From Macrostomum lignano (lineage: Eukaryota), in NCBI GenBank assembly GCA_002269645.1, contig NIVC01000957.1, positions 248,001 to 312,000 on the forward strand: DNA of 64,000 nucleotides. The letters run 5' to 3'. The notes under the pieces were generated by a model. The model did no database searches. It was not told the origin of the DNA and was given only the letters and a program-made list of their open reading frames with translations. A program made the translations under genes and the position numbers. Shown here piece by piece: positions 25,456 to 35,723 of the stretch. Position 1 is the first letter of the stretch. The number at the start of each line of letters is the position of its first letter.

Positions 25456-26970
25456 AGACATGAAAGGTGTCATATAAAAATTAAATGAAGCTATAGTGCT
25501 GTGCTTGGGAGAATTACTGAGACGTCAAGGCTCACAGAGAATAACTGAGATTACAGGGGGGGGGGGTTTCTGAGATGTCAAAGCAAAGTCAGAAGCTACT
25601 TCAAAGTTCATGTACTTTACTCAATTTTTTTATTACATTCTTTGTTGGCTCGCCACGGGGGGGGCGCTGATAGACGCAGAGTCATGTAAAAAATAAAAGT
25701 AGCACTATGTATACATAAAAGAAAAGTCATGTCGAAGTTAAAAGATTCATTTGGGAATAGCTACGATGTCAAAGCTTGGAGGGAATCGTTATAGTGCTGT
25801 GATTCTTAAAGAAGGAATCACTAAAATGCCAAGGCTTAGGGGAGAAGAATTGCTGAGATTTCAAGGCTTTAGGTTGGGTTAAAGTTAGGTTTAGGTCAGG
25901 TGTGGTTTGAGGGTTATATTTTATCGGGTTTCAAGGTTCACAGGGGATTTTTTAGATTAGAAGGTTTATGGGGGGCATCGCTGACATGTCAAGGCTTACG
26001 GGGGAATAGCTGAGATGTCAAGGCTCACGGGGGTATAAATGAGATTTCAAGGCTAAAGTCAGAAGCTACATGTAGTTTATTGAAAAAAATTTATTACATT
26101 ATTTTTTGGCTCCTCAGGGGAGGGATCGCTGATAGAAAAAGCGTAATGTAAAAAATAAAAGAAGCTTCATGTCGAAGTTAAGAGATTCATTTGGGAATCC
26201 CTACGATGTCGAGGCTTGCAGGGAATCGCTATAATGCTGTGGTAGTGCTATAATGACTCAGAATTACTGAAATTTCAATGGATTAGGGTTAGGTTAGGGT
26301 TAGGGTTAGGGTTAGGGTTAGGCTAGGGTTAGGGTTAGGGTTAGGCTAAGGTTAGGGTACGTTAGAAGGTTGACAGATTTTTTTTAGATTTCAAGGCTTA
26401 TTGGGGGCATCGCTGAAATGTCAAGGGGGGAAGTTGATATGTTTAAGCTTGTGGGGGGGGGAATTACTGACATGTCAAGGCTTACAAGGGACTTCTGAGA
26501 TATATTGCAAAGAGATGCTACATGTAGTTTATTACAAAACTTGTACTGCATTTTTGGCTCCCCAACGCTAAGATACTAAGCTAAAAATACTACTAGCGCT
26601 TCACAAATTTAATGCAGTTTCAGGCTGTAGGGTTAGTGTTAGGGTTGGTATTATGGTTTAGGTTTAGGGTTAGGTTCAGGGTTATTGCGTTAAGATTCGG
26701 GTTAGGGTTAGGGTTAGGGTAGCTTATAACTTAGCTCATTAGCTTATTAAAATGTTTATCATGGAAGCATCATGCAAAAATAATGGAAGCGTCATGTAAA
26801 AATCATAGAAGCATCATGCAAAAACTCATGGACAAAATATTGAATTTAGGGTTTTGGTTAGGGTTAGGGTTAGGGTTAGAAGTTTGACAGGAGATTTTTT
26901 AAGATTTCAAGGCTACATGTAGCTTATTAAAAAAACGTGTATTGCATTTCTTTGGCTCCCCAACGGGGGG
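25456..26970. repeat. About three diverged 450-bp composite units containing satellite-like monomers and interstitial telomeric (TTAGGG)n tracts
   Basis: GATGTCAAGGC, CAGAAGCTAC, TTTTTGGCTC and GTCATGTCGAAGTTA recur near 25570, 26040 and 26500; TTAGGG runs at about 25865, 26283-26358, 26630-26720 and 26855-26880. Confidence 0.8.
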
Positions 26971-27109
26971 CGTAGATTGCTAGTTTTATACTGAAAGTTT
27001 AAAATAATCCGGAAAATAATTTAGAGCGGGAAACCGAAGTTATGCCGCTTATCTTTGTCAATTAAATTTGAGCTGCCATTGTCTCTGAAAACTAAAAAAT
27101 AATTTTAAG

Positions 27110-28813
27110 TTACAACTGTGCGGCATGCCAGTCAGCAAAACAGGGGGCTGCGCACAGTCCAGGGTTTCCTTCACATAAGCCGCAGCAGAAGACAGTTTCT
27201 GTAGCACTGCCTGCGCCGCTTCGTTGGTCGGGCTTGCGCTTCGGTGGCTTTAATGCGCTTTAGCGAGTGCTGTTGGTAAGCCACTGCTGGCTGCTGCTGT
27301 GCCCGACCAGCTCTTACACGACCTGGTCCAGAGGAGTTGATAAAGTTCTTGATGAACTTTATCCAAAAACTTCAAAAACTCCTGTGTACCTCCGAATGAT
27401 CGGTACACAACCCAGCCGTTTCTGGCATGTACAAGAAAAAGGTGCGCTCCGAGCTTTGTGGGCCACTTCTGAGTCCGCTGGCATGGGTTGTATGGCTGCA
27501 AGGCAGAGTCAAGCCTGTCGACACCACCCATAAATTTGTTGTACGATACAACTGTCTGTTGCTTCTGCTGGATGACCAGTTCGTTTTGCACGATTTGGTG
27601 AACAGGGTGAAGTTGGGCTACGCCTTGCGTGTCAAGGAAGTAAACTTTCTTTAGCCCGGAGCTCTTCCTGTCAACTATTTTCAACGCTAGCACGTTTCCT
27701 TTGCGCATAAACGTGCAGCTTGGAGCTTGGTGGACCTGAATACCACGAAGGCCATCTGGGACACCGCGATCGGCGCGAACTGTGCATATCAGCAAGGTGC
27801 TCCGCTGCAGTAGATACATCGCAAGCCGATAAGATCCAAACCAGCTATCGCAGAAGACGTGATAACCTAAATCCAATACGTACCTAACTGCCTCCACCAG
27901 GACTTTCTCACTCAGAGACAGCCCCCCACACCCGAGACCTTGACCGAATCGCTCATTCTCAGCTCTACTAGAGTGTACTAAGAAGTTGTTAACGTAACCG
28001 GATCTAGCTTCGCAAAGACAATACAGTTTTATGCCATATCGCGCTTTCTTGGATGGAATATATTGACGAAATGTGACACGACCCCTGAACAGGACTAGCT
28101 CTTCGCCGACACTAATTTCTTTTTTCTGGCATGTACACACTGCGACAGACCTCAGAAACAGTAATAAATGGTCTTGCCTTTGCTAGCGGGTCGTTTCCAT
28201 CGAAGTTGTTGCAGTCATAGAAGCGCAATTGGCTACTGATCTGTTGGTGCCTGTCCCTTGTCAGGCAAGCGAGTTGTTTGAAGAAAGGTGTTGCGCAGAA
28301 ATCATATTTGCTCCAATAGTTGGCGATCTCGGGCTTTTTAACTATTCCCATGTTAAGCGACATGGCGACAAACTTCTTCATCTCGTCCACGGTCACGTCT
28401 TTCCACGCAGAGAACCTTTGAGGCAGGTTTGGCATCGATGCTTGCAGCTCGTCGAATTTGCGCCACGCCCGCGCATTGGTCCAAGCGCAGAGCTGTTGCA
28501 GCAGGTCAGCAGTCAGAAACAGATTGAAAAACGCAGCTGGATCGTCATTGGCAGTCTCTGGTCTCGGCAGGTCAGGATTCACACCGGGCATTCCCAAGAA
28601 CTCGAGCTCTGCATCTGGCCGTTGATCCTGCCCAGCTTCACGTGCCGCCCAATCATCATTTGGCAAGCATTCGGTGTCTTCATTTGGCTGGAGATGCAGG
28701 TCCTCCTCTTCTTCATCTTCGCCCTCATCCGCTGTTAGCCAGCCTTCCTCCTCTTCATGTTCGGAGTCGGTATCCGGATCAAATTGCACTTGAGCCGCAG
28801 CGATGACAAACAC
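27110..28813 (-). mobile_element. Decayed piggyBac (PGBD-type) transposase
   Basis: Acidic N-terminus; FFNLFLT...TNARA, W.DVTVDEMKKF, YW, ISVGEELVLFRGR (first catalytic D replaced by G), FRQYIPSKKARYGIK, VFCDSWF, YNKFMGGVDRLD, and a frameshifted Cys-rich tail FCGLCEGNPGLCAAPCFADWH. Frameshifts near 28120 and 27190; TIRs not found. Confidence 0.93.
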
Positions 28814-29314
28814 TATCCGACACTCGGAATTTATTGCACTTAATAAAGCTGCTGATGATTTAATTAATTAATTTGCACTTTACTTCCTTTTGTAGCTTTA
28901 AGCTTTCTTGATTTCATGAATTCTACAATTTTACTGTTTTTCATTCATACCCACCCACCCGGCCATCACCCCACTCCAGCTAATCCGCCTGCTATCGCAG
29001 GATACGGCTGTGTCTAAAATATTCTGAAATAGTCTATGACCTGCTCTGCAGGTCATTCCGCAAGCTACGCTGGTGAATGGAATCTCAACCTTGAATCCAA
29101 AGCTTGCATAATATCGAGGTTCGAGAAGCTTAGCACACTGGCTCCACCAAACACAAACACACAAGCAGTGAAATTGGCGAGGACAGCGAGGAAGCGCGAT
29201 GAGGCAAGAGGGAAAGCGGTCAGCTTCTTTGGTTGAAAATTTTCAACCAAGGCAGAGAGGCTCAAACCGCCAAACCACGTCGGTATAAAACCCCCCGCCC
29301 CCACCCGTAAACTA

Positions 29315-29560
29315 ATCAGAAATTAGAGAAATTCGCAACCGAGTGAGTATAGTCATTTGACTGAAGACGAATGACCATCGTAGTCGGAGATAACGCAAAT
29401 AGACATGGTTGATGAGGCGATGAAATTTGAAGGCTTGGCGAGGCTGCACTATGGCAGTGTTGATTGGTGTACTCAATACGCAGGCGCTTAGACGATAAAT
29501 CCGACCTTTTGGCAGAATCACTGAATATCTCGTTGACCTCGAGGACTGTCAATTTGATTC
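29315..29560. repeat. Diverged dispersed repeat, with a second copy at about 40715-40985
   Basis: Shared blocks AGAGAAATT, GATGAAATTTG...CTTGGC.AGGCTGCACT, GATTGG and AATCCGACCTT.TGGCAGAATC...GAATATCTCG in the same order at both loci. Confidence 0.65.
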
Positions 29561-31077
29561 GCGTGTGAAAGGTGCGTAACAGACAGTTAGCGCGTGTTCT
29601 TGAATCCTTTCTGCCTGCGTTGCTCGGACCGGTTCCGGTGCAGCGAAGAAAACTGTCAAAAGCGGATCCCTTAATTGGTGTAGGAACAAGAGGGAATGGT
29701 TTGGTACGATCAGACCGTTAGAATACAACGGCTATAATAACAAGTTTGATGAATAATCTCAGTTTTGATTTTTGAGTGAAAGCCGGCTGCCAGATGGAGA
29801 AAATGTTCTCAGACCGAGGGCTTGAGTAACACTCAGTCATTTGCTAAGTATCAGTTGCTGCTTTAATAGCTTATATTGCTTTACTTCGGAGGCTGAATTG
29901 ACTCGAATGATGGAGTTGGCGATGCGAGAGCAAAGCAGAATCTGCGGTTCTTTCACCTGCGGTGAGAGGGCAATGCGTGTAGGAATTCGAGTTCTGTGGG
30001 AAGGTGGCGCCGTCACTCAGCTTTTCAGATTTAATCTTTTAACCGAAACTTGTTCGAAACTTATTGTCCTATCCCAAACCCACCCCTTCTACCTTCCACC
30101 ATACTCCGACTCCTTTCTACTCCATCTCGCGATTCTCTCTCCACCCCGTATTGATTTCCCCTCTACCCTATAGATTCCGTTCAACCCCATCCTTGTTCCC
30201 CTTCTACCCCATCCTGATCCCCATCTGCTCCATTCTGGTTACCACCTATCCTGTCAACTCTTTCAGGACCTGGTCCCGAGTCTGATCCAACTTTAACTAA
30301 GCCAGCACACGGAGGAGCACCGATTGTCCTCCATAAGACAAAATTCTGAAATCACAGAGTAGCAGTCACAGATCGTAACAAACACTGGATGGCCACTTGT
30401 GCCAGCTATGAACCAAATACTGTGTTAGGGTTAGTAGCAGGCCTAAGTAAAGCTCTACCGCAACACAGGTTCCGCATTTGTTCTGCCTCTGCCCTGTTTT
30501 ACAACTCGCAGAAGACAATTCAGCGAAGCTTTGTTTAAATATTACAGTAGGTCAAATTACCTCTCCGCCAACAAATGCAGAGATGAGTAGATTTACAGCC
30601 GATGTAATAATTGATACGGCAAAGGCAAGTTTGATTACAAATAAAGTGATGCTATGGCAGAGGCTGTGTCCTTTCCCGTTGGCACATTGCAGAGACGTGC
30701 TTGACTGAAAGAAAAAATTTTGAGACGCCGAATGCGAGTAAACTAGAGAATAAACTGTTTTCTGTTAAACTTATCTATCTATTATCAGACTGTCATGAGA
30801 GTAAACATGTAAAAAGTAAAAAGTTCAAAAGTAAGCATGAAATGACAGAGAGGGGCTTGCGGTCTGATTAATACTTAAAACTCTTGACTTAAGACTTGTG
30901 GCCGGATGCAATGCTAAACCCTCTGCGAAAAAACGAAGTCCTTAAAAAATTTCGCATGCGAATAACTTTTTTCATCGTATCTGATGCACATTGTATTTCC
31001 AGAAAGAAAAACTTTGCATTTCAACTCAAGTCTTCATTATCCGAGCATAGTTTTCGGTAATTTTTTCAGCCAGCCAA

Positions 31078-31487
31078 CTAATTGGCATACAATGTGACTT
31101 CGGCAACGTTGATTTCTCGTCTTTCATAATCCGAATACCTTTGAATGATTACCACATATTTAATATTCGAACTAGAGCAGGTTTTGTGGTATGTAACGAT
31201 TTCATCAACATCGTATTCAAATGTACAGTCAACAATAACTTTCCGACCAGAATTAAGTAGTTTCAGCATCAGATTCTTGAATGACATGCGTGACTTTTTG
31301 TTCCGCCAGATGAGAAACCCTTTCACAGATGAAACTCGGTCGAGTTTGTACCCGAAATAGGTCCGGAACATTTCAGCGCCCTTTGGTACATGGTCTCTCA
31401 TAATTGCTGTTCCATATGTGTCCAAATCGCCATCAATAGTTTTTTCACATTCGCCAAAACTTATCCAACACCTCATGCGCAAATTGG
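31078..31487 (-). CDS. Left toxin-like paralog (copy A), last exon: C-terminal beta-sandwich-like tip domain
   Basis: ttcttcag acceptor at 31488 is in phase with the C|GTAAGT donor at 31572; homologous to 51581-51996 (C..T.D.D..TYG, G..IWR, LLNS, IKY, AEV..YA). Confidence 0.85.
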
Positions 31488-31572
31488 CTGAAGAATTTTA
31501 GAGTTATTGATAATAAAGGCCATATAAAAGCAACAAACAGAATATTGAAAATGCAATTACGCTCCTACTTAC

Positions 31573-34300
31573 GGTAACATGTATCCGTGCCAAAGGTACT
31601 CCCAGAGTCAGGGCATTGGTCACAATGCGTCATTCCGCTGTGACGACTAAGGGAAAACAAATTACAATATTCGCATTCTCGGGAACCTGATTCGCTGGCG
31701 TAGGTGCCAGCGGGACATTTCGAGCACTCGCTGCTGCCTGAGCTGTTAGAGAAAGTGCCTGCTGGGCACAGAGTGCAGTTAGCAGCGTTTCCAACTGAGA
31801 ATGAGCCTGCTTCGCAAAGCTGGCAAGAAGCGGAGCCTGCGTTACTCCAGCTTCCAGCAGGGCACTGGCTGCAGTTTGTTGAGCCCACTCGGTCAGCAAA
31901 TGTCCCAGAAGGACAAACGGTGCATTCCGATGCAGCAGCACCGGAATACTTCCCCAGCGGACACATTCTCTGTTCCGAACGGCCTTCCGTGTCGACGTAC
32001 CACCCTGGCTTGGAGCTCTTACAGTGCGTCTGGTTTGCCTGTGGCTGGTAGAATCCCCGAGGACACAGGGTGCAAGAAGCTGATCCGACTCGACTGGAAT
32101 AGCTGCCTTTGGCACAAAAAGTGCAGCTTACCGATCCCGCGCTGGGACTGAACGAGCCTGCAGGGCACTGGCTGCAGTTTGTTGAGGATATTAGGTACGC
32201 AAAGCTTCCAGCAGGGCACGTAGTGCAAGAAGCTGAGCCAGCGTGACTGGAATAGCTGCCTTTGGCACACGAAGTGCAATTTACCGATCCCGCACTGGGA
32301 CTGAACGAGCCTGCAGGGCACTTGGCGCAAGGGATGCCCTCGGCTGGACTGAACTCGCCCCTCTTGCAGTTGTTGGCGCAGCTCACTGAGACCTCAGCAC
32401 TCGACGTTCCAGCAGGGCAAGCAGTGCAGGATTTCTGACCTGACTTGTCGGCGAAGAACCCCGCAGAGCACAACTGGCACTGCGTCTGTCTCTCTGCTTT
32501 ATTGAACTGTCCGACTGGACATGGAGTGCACTCCGTTTGACCTCGCTGAGCTGCGAACAAGCCGGCACTGCAGGCCCCGCACGAATCAGATCCATAAAAC
32601 CTGCTCGCTGTTCCAACATGGCACTGCTGGCACTGTACCGATCCTGGCTTGGAAGCGAAATTTCCTGGACTGCAGAGCATGCAATTCACAGTCGTGTTTG
32701 ATGCAGAAATACTTCCAGGAGCGCATGGCAAGCAGTTATGATTTCCTGTTGTGTTCTTAAAAGTACCTGGTTGGCAGGGCACGCACAGATTTTCCTTGCT
32801 GTCACTCAGTTGGTAGCCAACTGGACACTCTGGCAAGCACTGCCCTGTCCTGACTCTCCTGCCCCCAATAGAATTCCACAATTCAACGCGCACATTGCGA
32901 CACTGGAAGCAGCTCGTGTCATCTTTTGCTAGATTGCAGTCGATGCACTCTTTGTGACAATCCAGGATGCAGTGACCATCAACCAGCTTGTAGTTATTGT
33001 TCAAACACTCCACCTGCGGCATGTCCTTGGTGAGGTGAATATCCATCAGCGACACAGACTTCGAGCCCGCTCCGAACGTGTAGAAAGACAGGCGGCTGTA
33101 CTGGCTGTCCGGTCGGAACTTGTACCCAGAGTAGACAGTGCCGATCTCGCTGTTCGAGCCCGCCTTACCGAACTGCATCAGAACTGATCCATTGGCCTGA
33201 TTCACACACAAGAAGTAGGACTGGTACAGGTTCTTGTCTCCAAGTGTCCCCATTCCCTTCTGATAGTCTCTCTTTTGCGGTTTCATTGCTTTGTAGAATG
33301 CCACTCCATCCATATTTATCTGCAGGTAGTACCATGTTGTGTGGTCTCTTGGTATTGACGCGAATATAACAAAGATGTCTCCAGCAGTCGCAGCCGTAAA
33401 GTAAAGGCAGTTTTCTTCCCTATCAGGGTCCAGTCTGTGAGAGTTCAACCACCGAACGTTGCACGGAATTGACGCCGCATCAGTCGAGTCTGTGCCTTTT
33501 TGCCCTTCTATCCGAGAAGCCCTAGCAACCGTGGTACCCTCTATCCAGTCTGGAAGGTTTGGGTTGCGGCGCTTTGATGCAATAAAGTCCAGCGGATCGA
33601 TATGGAAGAAGCCTGTCTCCTCCTTATAGGTGAGGATGATGCTCCAGATACAGATCTTAGTCTCAGCTGGCTTGAAGCCTTCAAGCTGACAGCCTTCGTA
33701 CAGGTGTGCATGATGGTGCCCTGGCTCGGTCGCAAACCACCTGTCTTTTAGATACGTCATCACATACTTGGCTTGCGATTTCAACAAGTTCGGAATATCC
33801 TGGGGCAGAACAAAGGAGATTAAAAACGGGGACTTCGTGAGCTGCAGAAACGTCAGTGTGTTGTTATTTGAGTTAAACACGTCGATCTTGGCCAGTGTAG
33901 AGCTCTCACAACCGGGTTGCCCTGCTTTCAACTCGTGCGAGGAGGTTGGGAAAGGACCTTCCGTCATGTACGCAGCTACGGCTTTCTCCAGTGAGAGTCT
34001 TCGTCTCTTTAGAGCGTTCTTAAAGTCTTGTTGGTTCTTGTATTTGCAGTAGATTTTAACCAATTTAGTTTTAGTCTTATTGTTAGCAAAGTAAGTCTCC
34101 TCATCGAGGTAGTAGCGACGACGAGTTTTGGGCTCCGTCAAAATATTTACTTTGCTTCCCGCACTTTCAGCCAGCCGGAAACAGGTCGTCCATGTTCATG
34201 TCGAACAGCTGATCTGGTCTTTTATATGGTCTTTTTCTGCAGCTTCAACTTGAAATCCAAGCAATGCAATTGCGATCACTGCAGCCAGACAGGCGTGCAT
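31573..34300 (-). pseudogene. Copy A main exon: signal peptide, MACPF deleted, beta domain, furin-like and ephrin-receptor-like (GCC2/GCC3) Cys-rich repeats; one in-frame TGA at 34198-34196
   Basis: ATG at 34300 gives MHACLAAVIAIALLGFQVEAAEKD; the same frame runs through a single TGA at codon 35 into the 858-aa ORF 31565..34141, which is nearly identical to copy B from 49259 onward. Confidence 0.85.
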
Positions 34301-35434
34301 TTTCGAAGCCAGCAAGTTGCTTTAGACGAGAATAAAACTCGAATGGTTTTGACGCTTCCTGAATCAGTTCGAGTCTGTTCTGGAGGGGTTTTGAAGGCAA
34401 CTATGAAAGTGTGAATTATCCACAAATATGCTAAAATTTTGAAGTGCTAAAATCACTTCAACAGGTGAGTGTGAGGTTAGAGTTACGTGAGGTGCCTAGA
34501 AGGATAGAGGGAGCCGATGGAAGGAGAGGGATGGGGAGGAGGGGGATGGGGAGGAGAGGGATGGGGAGGAGAGGGAGAAATATAAATGCCCGTGTGCCAG
34601 TCAGTCGCTAGGTGAGCAATGCTACCAGCTGCTTTTGCACGCGTCGACACAAAACCGACCTCATTCGAATTAAAGAATAAGAAATGATTTAAATTTGCTC
34701 AAATTCTGCAACTACCACGCCAGGAAACGAAATGTAGGTGCTATTTAAAATTCAAAAATCAATAAATAATCGTTGACATCCATAGCCAATACTTAGCGAT
34801 TTGAGTGCAGCCAGAAATTCAATACGGCTCAGCCTGAGAAGGAAAAGGGAGATCAGAATAAGAGTGAGGGCGGACACTTCAAATACAATCTTACTGAGTT
34901 ATTTACACAGAATGAAAATAGTAGCAGGGTATTGCTTAAGGGCATTAAGATTCATATGCCTCTGAAGAAAAGCATCCGAATAATATGCTGAAGCAGGAGC
35001 ATCACAGAGCACAGAGGAAGCTATGTGGGTTCAGCACAACACAGATAGCTCTGCACAGCCCATCTCGAGTGCAAGTGCAGCAAAATGAGAGCCAAAGCAG
35101 AACAGAAGCCTTCGGCCACAGACAAATCAGTGACACCAGCAACTGGCGACAACAGGTTCTCATTGAGTTCTCAACTCTGGAGCAGAGTCGGCAAACTCCG
35201 GCTTGCGGGCCGGGCCACACGCGGAACTGGAAGCGTCTCTATCAGGCCCTCGGGTCCTTTGAAATTTCACGATAGCAATCCTTCCCCTCGAGATTGGTGT
35301 CTCAGCTCTCTCTTTTCTCTCTTCTCTCTCCTCCCTCCTCTCTTCTCTCCTCCTCTCTTTTCTCTCCTCTCTCCCCTCTGCCCATCTCACCTCTCACTCA
35401 TTTTTCATCTCTTCTCTCTCCTCCCTTCACTCCC

Positions 35435-35723
35435 CAACCCCACTGAAGATGGCGCCCTTCCCAAGACACCCCACTGGAGATGGCGCCCTTCCCAGGACAC
35501 TCACTGGAGATGGCGCCTTTCCCAGGTCACCCCACTGGAGATGGCGCCCTTCCCAGGACACTCACTGGAGATGGCGCCCTTCCCAGGACACCCCACTAGA
35601 GATGGCGCCCTTCCCAGGACACCCCACTGAAGATGGCGCCCTTCCCAAGACACCCCACTGGAGATGGCGCCCTTCCCAGGACACCCCACTGGAGATGGCG
35701 CCCTTCCCAGGACACCCCACTAG
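35435..35723. repeat. 30-31-bp minisatellite GGAGATGGCGCCCTTCCCAGGACACCCCACT, about 9 copies
   Basis: Units at 35476, 35506, 35537, 35567 and onward; inverted homologue at 45186-45795. Confidence 0.93.

Noticed and set aside
26970-29310. piggyBac TIRs and TTAA target duplication
   Set aside because: No matching TTAA-CC...GG-TTAA pair was found around the transposase.
30840-31077. Selenocysteine decoding of the copy A TGA
   Set aside because: No convincing SECIS (AUGA...AA...GA stem) is visible by eye in the 3' flank, the TGA lies in a frameshift-derived stretch, and its context (TGA ACA) is not the typical TGA CTA readthrough motif.
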